Program-made: the position numbers and the translations under genes | Shown: positions 25,771-38,329 of the stretch, one piece after another | Layout: the number at the start of each line of letters is the position of its first letter | Position numbering within the stretch: position 1 is the stretch's first letter | NCBI GenBank assembly: GCA_002633005.1 | Contig: NMRA01000009.1 | Location: forward strand, 278,083 to 342,082 | From: Phoronis australis | Lineage: Eukaryota; Animalia; Phoronida | Direction: 5' to 3' | DNA: 64,000 nucleotides | Notes under the pieces: generated by a model | Seen by the model: only the letters and a program-made list of their open reading frames with translations | The model's database searches: none | What the model was told of the DNA's origin: nothing

Positions 25771-26309
25771 ATCTTATTCTAGCATGCTTTATTCCTGGAA
25801 GCCAGATATGTTCCGTACTTTAATTATGAAATTATATGTGATCAAGGAAACTATTCATAATAGCTGTTTTTCTTCTGATTATTAGTTGAGCTGGCTAGGA
25901 GTCACATCTGTTTGGGATGTTGGACTGTCCTTTATCTCCGTGTACAGCATTACCTGATTTATAATAAACAACTTATTAGTTTCAGTCTGCTGGGAGATGA
26001 AAGTGATATTAACAAGATTACATGCACATTAAGTTGATAGTCCACCGGATGGTGCCTGCTGGTTTTATCAACTTTGAAGTGTGCCATATAACAACATCAG
26101 AATCTATAAGTAGACAAGGTGCTGCCCTCTGCATGCCTATGTAATGTTGATTTCAAAGCTGTGGAATGACAGCAGCGTGTTACCTGAACAACAGCACTAC
26201 CTTACTCATATCCAAAGAGCTCATAGGCACAACGTAGTATACACATTCCTTGTTGGTGGACGGTGTTTGGCAGTTAGTCATTTTTTGGGACCTGCATTGT
26301 TGGGTGTGT

Positions 26310-26416
26310 AAGCCGTGTTTTGTGCGAGCAACAGTGTGTTTAGCGGTTGGTGAGCCGTGTTCATGAGTTGGTGAGCCGTGTTTAGCGGTTGGTGAGCCGT
26401 GTTCGTGAGTTGGTGA
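26310..26416. repeat. ~21-bp degenerate minisatellite (GAGCCGTGTT...GTTGGT)n
   Basis: Four to five degenerate copies. Confidence 0.75.
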
Positions 26417-26581
26417 ACTTAGTTCATCAAGCCTATGAAGTATGTGTATGAAAGTTGGTGATCATCATATTTTACACCATCTATTGGCCATCTTTGATAC
26501 TTAATAAACACCCCTCTATAAGCATAGGGTGAGTGGGGTTATGGACACAATTCAATGGTAAATGCATTGCTCTTGAAGTTG

Positions 26582-27363
26582 TTACTTGTCGAAATTTATT
26601 TATGTTGCTCTTCCACTAAGTTTTTTTACTTGTTTTTTTTGTTTGTTCGCATGATACAGGTCGCAATTTTCGTCCGATCATCACGAAATTTACACATAAC
26701 ACGTACTTCCGGAAGTACTGGAAGCCTGTTGTTTTTCGTCAAAATCGGATCCAAGATGGCGGCTGTGGCGGCCATTTTGTTTTCATTTCAAGGTTCAAAT
26801 GCTTCTGGAGGCTACAATTTTTTACGTAAAAGGCTAAGAATCGGCACAGTAAATGGACCAGAAGTTTTCTACAGGTATACCGGAAATTGTTTACTTCCGA
26901 ATAAAGATGGCAGAAATATCGGCGATCGCGCATGCGCACCTCGATTTTGGCCTAAAAACGTTTTCTCCTGTAGAGGGCGCATTATCAGACCAATTCCTTC
27001 GAAATTTTACAGGTACTAGTTTCTTATGACATGCTATTATAATTATAGAGAGCCAAAAAAACGGAAGTTGCTTTCAAGATGGCGGATTTGGCGCATGTTG
27101 ACCCATTTTCAGTCGTGCTGGAGTGCGATTTTAAACGGGAAGAGAAAAGGACGTGATTTTTTGCATGTGGATTCTTTGAAGTATAGTCTTTCAAATGGCC
27201 TGTAACAATTTTTTTCTCAGACTTACCGTTTTCATTTTGTTTTGTTGTCCTGGTTGCTTGTGTAACCTGCTATTTACATCTGAGGGGTTTTATCAAGGAA
27301 AAACATTGTTTCAGGTCAATGTATGTAGAGCGACATCAGTTTGCGAAACTGTTTTTGCAAGTT
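26582..27363 (+). mobile_element. HINE/Helentron-associated-like element, family C, copy 2
   Basis: Subterminal inverted repeat ATGTTGCTCT (26602-26611) / AGAGCGACAT (27327-27336), followed immediately by a short hairpin CAGTTT-GCG-AAACTG (27337-27351). No TSD. The interior is homologous to 17868-18190. Confidence 0.65.
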
Positions 27364-27384
27364 AGGAGTGATACGTCTTACGAT

Positions 27385-27655
27385 ATAATGTTAGATAGGG
27401 TGCTGCATGGGGCTGTGGACTGACACACCATACGGTGTAATGATAAATAGGGTGGTGCATAGGCTCTGGACTGACACACCATACAGTGTAATGTTAGATA
27501 GGGTGCTGCTTGGGGCTATGGTCTGACACATCATACATTGTAATGATAAATAGGGTGCTGCATGGAGCTCTGGATTGATACGCCATACATTGTAATGATA
27601 GTTGTGGTGCTGGAATGTGCTGTGGAGTGTGGACTGGCACACCATACAGTGTAAT
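27385..27655. repeat. ~50-55-bp degenerate minisatellite (GTAATGATAAATAGGGTGCTGCATGG...GACTGACACACCATACA)n, ~5 copies
   Basis: Degenerate direct repeats. Confidence 0.85.
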
Positions 27656-28494
27656 TTTGTCAAGTAAAAATTGGTAACTTCTAACTGAAATAATTCTCAT
27701 TAGAAGTGGTGAATCATTTTGTTTTGTATAATGTATCAATGAACTCCATTTTGTTGGGAACTTTTTAAGAATTGGAACAAAGGGTCTCATCCCAATACTT
27801 GAAATTTACTTTCAAAATGGCGTCTATGGCCATTTTCTATTTCATTTTATCGGCAGGTATTTATAAATTTTGTAATGAATGAACAGTAACATTTTTCTCG
27901 AGATATTTGAGTTTGATTATTAAGGATTGACAAAATCAAAAATTGAATTCTTTTGAAACTTAGTGATTGAATAGATCGTGAGAAGAGCTTTCAGAATATA
28001 TTTTCAGTTTTGTTACCTATTCTTCAGTTATTGACAAAGAAGAGTTTTGTTATCTACTCTTGAGGTATTGACAAAGCAGAGTTACTCTGGTATCCAGGGT
28101 AGTTGAAGAAGCAGCAACATCTACTGCGGGTGTCAGAGTGATTCGAATAGCTTTCTTGCTTGATTGACAAAAAATTTGCGCACAACATGTCATCTCCGTA
28201 GCTCGATGCCTTTAGTTTTGTCATGATCAGATCCATGTGTGTTGTTAGGTTTTCGCTAAGACTTGCCGTCTTGTTGCTGGATCACAGTTTTTAGAGTTCT
28301 AGTGAGTGTGTTGATTGACCTTGTGGATATTGACCGCCAAAAGCTGATGTAGAGATTTGCCAGTAGAAACTATAGGTTGTATGGTCTGTGCATTTAGAAT
28401 TTACTTTTTATTTTCAGGTTAATTGAAAGTTTTATATGGAACACTAATTGTGAAAATCTACTTTAAATAGCTTAAATTTTTAATTGTATGGCCA

Positions 28495-28580
28495 GGCGAC
28501 CTCTGCTAGTGAAGTGGTTAGGCTATGAGATTGCTACCTCGAGGCACAAGTTCGAGTCCCTGCAGGCGCAATACTTTTTA
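28495..28580 (+). other. tRNA-like head with Pol III A/B boxes (SINE-like or tRNA pseudogene)
   Basis: A-box-like TAGTGAAGTGG (28507) and B-box GTTCGAGTCC (28550) at tRNA-like spacing, followed by TTTTT. Cloverleaf stems are poor. Confidence 0.35.
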
Positions 28581-31478
28581 TAGTTCAACATTTTCCATTT
28601 TTTCAGTTGATTTTGCCAAGGACTCTCCAGAGTAATGTCATTATTAGGTTTTCTAATGTGCAGCATTGAGCCATTTGAGAGATGTTTCTTTTGCGTAACT
28701 TGCTGATTATTTTACTCTCGCTGATGACCAGTGGCCATCTTAACATTTACTATTGTTGGTTTTGTAAACACTGCCTTGGAAAGAGGCTTTGACCATGAAA
28801 ATTCTTCATCCTTCATTTTATAAAGCACTACACTTTACATAGCTTTGTTCTTTATTACTTTTTCTTAGTACTTGCTCCAGTGTCATTTCAAGTTTCAGAA
28901 GACCCACTTTTGCTGTTGTTTATGGTGTCCAGTGCCCAGCTGTCTGTGTCTTCACTGCCCATCTGTCTTTTCCACCATATCTGTTGACCTCCATTTGTCC
29001 TAGAGTTCAGTCAACTCACTGCTGATGGTCAACACAAGATTCACGGAATGCCTGACCATCTATTTATGTTCACCCAACAACCTACAGATGGCAGTCTATC
29101 TTGTCAACCCACGCTGAGGCTGTTTACTACCCTTTCCCTGTTTACACTGGTGTTTTTGATGATCAAAACATTTTCTGCCCAGAACACAATTTCTCTATTT
29201 TTTCACATTTGGTAATATTATTAAATTGCATGAATTTTGTAGTTCTTAATCTCTGTAAGTAACTTTGTTTTCACACTTGTCAAAAAAGTAAAAATGTGTT
29301 ATTTTTGTTATTGGCGTTAAGTTTATATTGGTTAAGAATGTTGATAATGTGTCTGCTACAACTGATTGTACTTCAGTAAGACTTCCATTTTCCAGCAAAG
29401 TAGTGGTTATATAAGGGGCTCTTACACCTCCAACCAATTTTATTTACATGGGCAATTAAAACCCATCTTCATAAATAACTGCTGGAAGACCTTTCTTCGT
29501 CATGGCTTCTGCCTCCAGGGAGGAGCTTCTGTCTCCAGGGAGGAGCTTCTTGTTTGAATGACAGGTATTCAGGCTGCAATGCAGTTTGCTAACAAGGGTT
29601 GGGGATTATGAGATGGATATCTAAACACTGATGGGAGATCTTGTTAAAATCAAACCAGCTTGTTCATTTATTGCAATTCTTGAACAAACCAGCAAGGTTT
29701 TGGTGACTACTAGTGGTACTAATGTTATGGTGCTAATGTTATGGTGACAGGTCTAACAAGTCTTCCCCATTCGGCCGAGTTACAATGTCCAGCACGCCCG
29801 CCACCCATTTTGGCCAGTATAGGTGTTTTCTCACATATTCCAGTAATTCTCCCACATTTATGCCATACTTGATTAATTTTTTACTTGAATCGCCTGCCCG
29901 TCTATTTCAGCCAAGTCTTGCCTATAATTCTCCAACATCACAAAACATCAGTCGTTTTCAACTCAGATTCCTAAGAACACTGTGAGTGCCTTAAAATGCC
30001 GGGGCTCTGTGTTGGCACCATTTGTTATCCATCTTGGCAGTGAAGTCATAAATCGCAAGGATCATAATGCCAAGGCATGGGAAATAATTTCTGGCGCCTG
30101 CCATAGAGTTCCTTTATATCCACTATATAACAAGTAAGAGGCAACTCACACATAAGTAAACAGCAAATAAGAAAACCCATGAATGTAAGTTTAAACTTTG
30201 CTTGCCACCAGACCAACTATTGCCTGTGATTTGACGCTCACTTGGAATGGCTCCATTGGAGTCACGCTTCTAAGTTTATGATTATGTCAAGTGGATCGGG
30301 TGAAAACTTATGAGCACATGATGGTAAACAATAGATTTGTCATCACAGGGAGGTAAAATGAAGCAAGATATAACCAGCTAAGACCTTTAGTTGTTTCCCA
30401 ATTTTACGGAGAATTTCTTCGATTTCCATATGTCCAGTTCACAAAGTCTGTGTTTAATTTCTTGTCCAATGTTTCTGTTTGGAGCCGTAGCTGATTGGAT
30501 ATAGGCTGTAAAAGTAAATAGATTTATAAATTTAGTTGTATTTTTTAAATTAAGAAATTTGCAAATTAAGTATTTCTCAGAATATGCTTTATTTCATGAG
30601 GATTGCATATTTTGCCAGAAATTTGGAGTTTAAAAATTGCATAGTTTTCAGAATAGGCAAGTTCTCTTCTTGGGTCCATGTTTCAGGATACAAATCTAAA
30701 CCCTCCCATCTGAATCAGCAGAATTGAAATTAGGTACAGGCTGAGGCTGAAGAAATTGATACAGGATCCCATAGGAATTGCATAACAGCAGTACCCCACA
30801 ATACTTACTGATCTTGATGCAAAATGAAATCAGTAGTAGCAACATTGGTATGTAGGACATGTGACTACATGGTCTTCCCTTGTAATATTACATCAGGTTG
30901 TGAGCTGTTGATGCCTGTGTGATTATCAGTGTTATTGTTATGTGGGACCTTGTGATGAGTGTCCTGCTCTTGATTGATGGGAGCAGACAGCCAGATGGTG
31001 TCTGGGCCGCCTACAGTAATACAAAGTTTACATGCTTCTCAAATGCAGCATTTTTAAACAGAAAACACAGATGACCAACACCAGGTCTTTTATCTGTCCC
31101 AATGTAAGTTGGTTTGGATTTGGGTTGTTAATCTCTTCCTGATGCTCCCATTAGTTGCTTTAATAAACTGTGTCTTGTCCCTCTTGTGAGCCCCATATTT
31201 CAAGCTCCTGCTGATGGCTGCCAGTAGGCACATCTACCGATTTTCTCCCCTGCTTAGTGCCTCTTCGCCTACACACAATATTATTAGTGGCTTCCAACTG
31301 CAATGCAGCATTCGCCCAGATGAGTTGACTGGGATCACTTGTTGTATGAGCCATTCCATCATCCACAATCACCTGACCATTAGACTTGCCTAGATGTACC
31401 TGGGACTAAACAGTCACCTGGCCATCAGCACGTATTGTATCTTGGTGTCGTTGTGTCCTCTCTGAACTTACTAATACC

Positions 31479-31548
31479 ATGGCGTGTTGTACCGTTCAGA
31501 ATGTTGCAGCCAGTGTTACCATTCCCAGCTCTGAGACTAAGCAGCTAG
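31479..31548 (+). CDS. MRTF: Candidate alternative first coding exon of MRTF (MACCTVQNVAASVTIPSSETKQL, phase 1)
   Basis: ACCATGG Kozak; 23 open codons + 1 nt; consensus donor TAG|GTAAGT; G+AT joins in frame to exon 48621. Confidence 0.45.
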
Positions 31549-31867
31549 GTAAGTCATGTTTGGACAATTTTTGATGCATGCAAAATTACCATAATCTTTG
31601 AATGCAATGGCTCATTTTATTTTTGATGGACTTTTTTTCCTATCAGTGTTCTCAGTTCAGGTGAGTCTTCCTAGGTTGTCCCAGATAAGCTACTTCAAGA
31701 AGGCATTTACAAAGCTATTTAACTTTGCTTGAAATAGTTTGTGCTCTGTGAAAGTTGTGTATAAATAAGGTGTATTCAGTCTATAAATTAAAGAAATGAG
31801 CTTGCAGATTTTGTTTTATTTTAATGAAGCGAAATTGCATTTTCATTTCTTAAGTTAGGTATGCATG

Positions 31868-32478
31868 CAGGCCTTTATTCAGGATTTTGAAAATAGGGTG
31901 TCCAAAATGGGATTCCCAATATTCCAGGGCGTCCATTATTGTGACGCGTAATCCCCCACTCCCAGTAATCTTCCCAAACACACAGATTTTTTTACAAAAA
32001 AATACATAGACCAAGCTGTTTTTACATCTAAGTTTACAAAACAGCCTACTGTAGTGAGCATTTTTACTAAAAAAAAATGTAGACCAACACTTAGGATGCT
32101 ATCAACCAAGTGTGAGCATAGCAACATTTTATATACTTTGTATGTACATCGTATATTTGTTCCTGGTTTGAAAAAGAGCCCCCAATGTGAGCTTTCAGAG
32201 GCTTCCTAGTAATCATTACAGTGTGTGAGTCCAAACTTGAAAGGTTCCTATTGACAGTGGGCATCCAAATGATACATTGNGGAAAATTTTGCGACTTGGC
32301 ATTTACGAATGCGAGCTGGATTTTGAAAATGCGACCTTGGGATTTTGGCTAGGTCGCAAAATGCGACCTGGCGATTTTAATAGCGTCGAGCCCTGCATTG
32401 GGCGTCCTTACCAGGGCATCCAGATTTGTGCTAGGGCGTCCATTTGGACGCCCAGGACGTACACTGCATAAAGGCCTG
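31868..32478 (-). mobile_element. Non-autonomous hAT family A, copy 2 (inverted), carrying a nested insertion
   Basis: TIR CAGGCCTTTAT / ATAAAGGCCTG; 8-bp TSD TATGCATG (31860-31867 and 32479-32486); reverse-complement homology to 8064-8555. Confidence 0.92.
32281..32395 (+). mobile_element. Right end of a hAT5-like family D element nested in hAT family A; the remainder is collapsed in the N gap
   Basis: Matches 41035-41148 (GCGACC/GCGAGC repeats, ...TAGCGTCGAGCCCTG). CATTG is present on both sides (32275-32279 and 32396-32400). Confidence 0.85.
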
Positions 32479-33444
32479 TATGCATGGTTTAAGTTTGGCG
32501 GTGACTACAATCTGAGGTTCTAATAATCACCTTTGGCTGTTTGCCTTTGGAAAGTCTTGGAAGAAATCTGCAGCTCACAGCTTCCTCTTCTTAGGTGTTA
32601 AAGATAATCAACAGTGAAATTTGTATCATGTTTGTGCAACTTGATGGCTAGAAAATCATGTTTGAGTCCGCCTTATGGAGTTAGATTTTTGATAAAAATG
32701 ATCAAACAGATTAACAGTTGTATAAACTACTTGGGAAATCATTATCTAAAATATCATGCTTTACAAGTCTAGGATTCAACATGTGCTACAGCTAGCTGTT
32801 TCTTGGCATGTTGTCTAAAAAGATACTATACTATACATTACATTTTGTTCATAAAATATTCTGACCAAGTAACTGTTTTCTGACAGTGTTGTTGATATTT
32901 TTACCGTAGTCATATAACACTTCTATTACCTTCCAACTGTGACAAATGAAAGGTCACAAATGCTGATGAGATTGATGAACTTTTGTGCGTTCTTGCTTTG
33001 ATGATGGTTTGCTTAAACATCAACAGAATTTCACAATAATTTTTCTAATTTGACTTTTAGTTCAACTGTCGAGGTGGCGCACCACTGAAAACCGTCCAAT
33101 TTACTGGCCATATAACGAGACTAGCCATTAGTTGAATTTCTGTAGGCTTAAATCGTTTCTAAAACAGTTGTGAATAAAGTTCACTAATTGCAATTTATTT
33201 CTGTCAGGTCATAGCTACTATCTATTAGTAAGACAGTGATCTGGTCCAGCAGTGTTAGACATTTGTGACTAATGAAGGTTTGTCAGCTGTATTGCTGTGC
33301 ATCCATTGGTGTTCTTGGCAGCCTGTGATGGTACAAGAGGAAGTCCTAATATAGGTGATGTTCTTAATTGGAACAGCTGTTGAGAGTCTCCTGCATTATC
33401 AGACCTCACCCTGCTACATTTACCAGCAGCATTTATTGTACATG

Positions 33445-33757
33445 CCTTGGTTAACGCCCATGCACAGCTTAATGCCAGAAACCTTAAGTTTCAAATTTTT
33501 TTAAATGCCTGTGTTCGGCCTCACTTTATGTAATCGAGACTTTGTTAGTGCAGATGAGAAATTCTTCTTTTGACTCATACATTCATAGATTCATAGATTC
33601 ATATATACATTACTTCGGTGAAAAAATGGGGAAGTCATTTGCTTTAGCAAATGGACAGTTCAGGTAAATGCGAGGCTTCTTACAAATATGTTTTTAAACA
33701 TTCATGCTATACTTAACACCCATCCCAAGATTTTTGAATTCCCAAATTTAAGCGGTG
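33445..33757 (+). mobile_element. Highly degenerate short relative of Tc2/pogo-like family B
   Basis: GGTTAACGCCCATG resembles the left subterminus; TTAACACCCATCCCAAGATTTTTG...AATTTAAGCGG resembles the right subterminus. Confidence 0.4.
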
Positions 33758-36700
33758 AGATGAGTGTAGTTCAACAGCACTGCCAACCCTTCAATCTTTC
33801 AGTTAACAGGACGTCCAACAACTGATTTTGTTGAACAAAAAATGCTGCAAAAGCAAATAGTTTAGTAGATATTGTTCATCCACTTCTCTTGTGTTGAGCA
33901 CTTTCCTTTCCCTACCGTTTACGCTTAAAGCAAACCTGCTTTAAAAAACTTTCTTTCAAATTTTAATTTGAGAACTTCCCAATATTCTCACACTAGACAG
34001 CATTCAAGTTATGGGCTGGATTCTGTTGATGCAAGAATCTTGCACAAACGCTAGATCACGAAAGTCTTTGACGAGATATCGCCATGCATAAAAACAAAGC
34101 ATGTGAATTCATTACTTTTTTCTACTCTGGCCATGTTACCAGCATTCCAACAGGTATGGTTTGGTTTGCCCACAGTAGTAATCTGCTAGTAGATCTTTCT
34201 TCTAAGAGAGTGTGTTGACATAACTTTAGGTCTTGCTGATTGAATAATTCAATCAAATTCAATCTCTGTGGGGGGGTGTTATTGGTAAGAAATGAGAAAC
34301 TCAAAATTTGATAAAATGGACAAATTGTTCACAAACCTGAAGCAATTCAGAATGACTGCGCCAGTTACAAGTATCTCAAATCTGATTGTGATTCTACAAA
34401 TGTCAATGGCTAATGTGTTGTCACTGACATATCATTTGATAATATTTTTTATGTTAGTGCCTGCCTCTCAATAAAACTTGTGCTTTGCTCATGTCAGTTT
34501 CAATTAGCATCACCCATCCTGTGTATGTAACCAGCAACTTTTCTTGTGGAGTTCTAATTTTTTGGATTTCACTCAGCCAGTCATCCCTAAGGCTTGATTA
34601 GGTTTCCAAATTAACAGTCTCACCAGTTTTTAAATTGAATTTGTTATCTGCTCATCCCTAACCCCAGTAGTGTGACATCAGTCAGTTGGACAGCCTCTGA
34701 TTTTTATACTGGAGTCCAAACTCTCTTGACAGTGGCAGCACAAGCAACTGTGTGTGTTCTGTGATATTGGACTCATTTACTTTCACATCAACTTAGTATA
34801 CTGGTCATAAAGTTTGTTATCACTCTGGTCATCAGTTTGATGATGTATACAATATACATAGGTGACCTTTTGTAAGGCAGAGGTCCTGCTTTATGATTCC
34901 TCAGGTCTGAGGTGACAAAATAGTCACTTCCGCAATAACTCTGATTCTGTTGTATTTACCCACAATCCATTGTCATGCTTGTCACCATTTTGCATTATGG
35001 TATTAGTTTGCTATGTTATTTTGATATTAGTTCAATTAAGAAAGCGTTTTTCTACCTCAAAAGCGATAGATGAATCCAGGATGTATAAACTTGGGTAGCC
35101 CGCTGGTATATGTTAGAAGGTGTTTTGGTGCGAGTGGAGGGTCAAACATTACCCATTTTCATCTATATTTCAAAATTGCACTTTATTATGAAAAAGTTTA
35201 AAATCCTGTGAGAATGTTGTGAACACCAAACTGAATTTATTCTTAGTTGTAAATTTCAAGTTAGCCTAATTCATCTCAGATGAAAGTGTTTTTTGTCAAT
35301 TTTGGTCTGACCTGTGGTCAGTCAGAATCTTGGTGTTTTGTAAATTAACCAAAATGGCTACCATTTGTCTCTAGTTATATGATGAATGGTGTCAATAACC
35401 CATTACAATAAACTCTGTTGGTATCTGGGGCTTCTCAATGTTTCAAAGGAGCCCTAACTGTCTTACTATGAAATATTCAAGACATGTGTTTCTTTGATGC
35501 CATCCCTTTAACTATGGCTGTTTTTATGTATTGGATGCCAGAGATCTAACTTGCTCTTGATTTTTTGACCTCATTTGCTGACAATAATCACCGGTGTTGA
35601 CAGGTAAAATGGGCATTTCCATCTAATGAGTGGTTACATTTATTGACTTGACAGGTTTGTTTTCAGAGCTTCTCAAGAGCAGTGGACCAGGCATGCTGGC
35701 ATGCTGTGGTCACCAACCTCAGTGGCTATAAACTGTGGACTGTGTGACCAGTCTGTATTGTAACTGGACCCTGCAATGTTTACTGGTGTTGCAATGACAA
35801 ATAGAGATTGAAAACTCGTTTTGTAATTATGGAACTCTGTGACAATAGTCACTTACAAGGATCCCTGGGTTTTGAGAGCCATTTTCATGCTTGATATTTA
35901 GTAGAGAAAACTGGTTCTCAATATGTGGGGACCCCTGTAAAGTGAATATTACCCTCTTTGTTATAGTTTTAAGGTGTTGCCCTCATTTGGCTGAGGTTTC
36001 ATAGAGAAATTAAAAGATCAAACAAAAAGTTTTGTTGTTTTGCTTTTTCTGTGAATGGAAAACATGTGTAATAAATGTTGCAACTAAGACGTTGGGAGTG
36101 CCGTTTTCTCGGGATGTGGTTGAAGTTTAACCCATTTTTACTCTTATTTTAGTGTCTTGCATCCAGCCGTGAAGTCACCAAGTCACAGTTTTCAAAATAA
36201 ACATAGCTCTTTGTGATCCTTAAAAGCTAATGCATCAGGACTCCAAATTAAAACCTGTTCTATAAATGATTTTTAAATGGTTCTTCACTACACAATGCAA
36301 TGTGAACTCGCCTAGCTTCACTCACTTTGCCTTTGTGCCTGGTCTTACAACAGGACCATGTGCTCAGACATTTTATTGTAAATTTTCAGACATTTTATTA
36401 ATGTTTACAAACTTTCCTCTAACATCCATGCCTAGTCTACATTATTGTTTACTACTCTATTGTGTCCCATTGCCTGTGTGAGATGGTGCATTAAAAGTCT
36501 GGTAATACCATCAGGACTCCTGGAGGGGTGGCTCGTGCCAACCATATGCCTATGCTATCAGATGAGCGTCCAGTCTGTCATCTTGAATGTTAAAGTTTGG
36601 GTTGAAGAATGTTTTTATCTTGTTAAAGCTATTGCCAGGTTCATGACATATTTGTGATCACCTTTTGCTGGCGGCTAGGATATTTCAATTCCAAACTCAG

Positions 36701-38051
36701 TGTCTTCTTTATTTAGGACTTGAAGCACCTGTCCAAATTCGTAACTCCTATCTTTGTTAATTTGTCAGCATATCTGGAATGTTTTGTGACTGGTTTAATA
36801 GTTGTGGGTTTCATAGATGGCAGCTGATTTGAAGCAGGAACATGACGAGCCTCCAACTTCAAGCATTCCCTCCTTAACTGGCATGAGTGACTGTGTTGTG
36901 TTGTACATCCTTATCGCATTATTTACCACCTTTCATAAAAACAAATTGAACAGGAGCCTTGCTTTGCGGATTGATTTTCACTGTCTCGTGCTACAGAAAA
37001 AGGTGCATGTCATAACACTGGGTGTTTACCTTTTCCTTTAAAGAGTTCCCACCATGCATTTCCTTAGTTTTTGAGGTTTCAGTTAGCTAATATGAAATGA
37101 ATACCATAAAATCTAATTAGTAAGCACTTTTGATGCCAAGTAGTCTCGAATTTTTTAATTTTGAAGAAAAAAATAGTTATTTCCAAGTTTCCCGTCAAAT
37201 GATGTAATGGTTGGAAGAAATTTGGTCACTTGATTATCAATTGCAATGGTGGAACATAGCAGATCAGAAGACAAGAACAATTTTGAGCGAGAACTGGACA
37301 ATTAGTATGTGCTAGACAGAGAGGAGAGTGGATACGGGCATCACACTCAAGTATTTGAAGAATCAGACAATGAATTCAATTTCCCAGATAATGAATTCGA
37401 GGCGGCATGAACTCGACCCACTTGTACAATGGTGCAGACATATACCGTAAACGTTCGGGTTAACGCCCATGTTCACTTAACCGCCCATCCCCAACTTTAG
37501 GTGGATTACCGATTTAAGCGCCCACTGCTCGGTTAACCGCCCCTCTAAGATTTCCAGTTAAGCGCCCATCTCTCTGTTAAGCGCCCATCCCCAACTTTTT
37601 AAGAGTGAAGATTTAGCGCCCAGTGCTAAGGAAAGGCACGATTCCCCAACTTTAAGATACAGATCGATGATCACAAGGAGCACAATGACGCTGGGACTCC
37701 GGGATGGCGGTTTGGCAGTGTGAATTACAATACAAGTAACGAATTATCGTCCTGGGTCATATAATACTTGAACGTTTTTGTCGTTGTATTTTCTTCCAAT
37801 GTTCGCAAAGTTTAAGAAGCCCGCTGGCAACAATACCTCCACTTTCAGCGACGCTGTCTGCCGCACTGAGTTTCTGTCTGCAGTGCACTAGATAAAGCAT
37901 ATATTCGAAAAAATCGGACCAGAGAAATGTGCCAATGGTTTTGCCAACCCTCCAAATTCTCTTTAGGTGGAAAGCTCTCGTATTTTGAAGAATTCTCATA
38001 ACTCACGGAAAGATGTCAAATTCTCTCTATTTTTATGAATGTAATTGCCGA

Positions 38052-38329
38052 GTTATAGAGGATGTGTGGCGACCGAAGGGACAGTGTACCTCACTGGGTT
38101 ATACAGGATGTGTGGCGACCGAAGGGACAGTGAGCCTCACTGGGTTATACAGGATGTGTGGCGACCGAAGGGACAGTGTACCTCACTGGGTTATAGAGGA
38201 TGTGTGGCGACCGAAGGGACAGTGTGCCTCACTGGGTTATAGAGGATGTGTGGCGACCGAAGGGACAGTGTGCCTCACTGGGTTATAGAGGATGTGTGGC
38301 GACCAAAGGGACAGTGTGCCTCACTGGTT
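38052..38329. repeat. 46-bp tandem repeat, 6 copies, inside the family B element
   Basis: GTTATAGAGGATGTGTGGCGACCGAAGGGACAGTGTGCCTCACTGG with period 46 (GATGTG at 38061, 38107, 38153, 38199, 38245, 38291). Confidence 0.95.

Noticed and set aside
26555-27019. 154-aa ORF with a similar ORF at 17738-18085, suggesting a small gene family
   Set aside because: The similarity comes from two copies of an interspersed repeat; frames are not preserved and no domain is recognisable.
30120-30190. TATA-like motif plus ATG AAT|GTAAGT as a coding first exon
   Set aside because: Phase 0 does not fit the next MRTF exons. It could only be a non-coding exon, and I have no further support.
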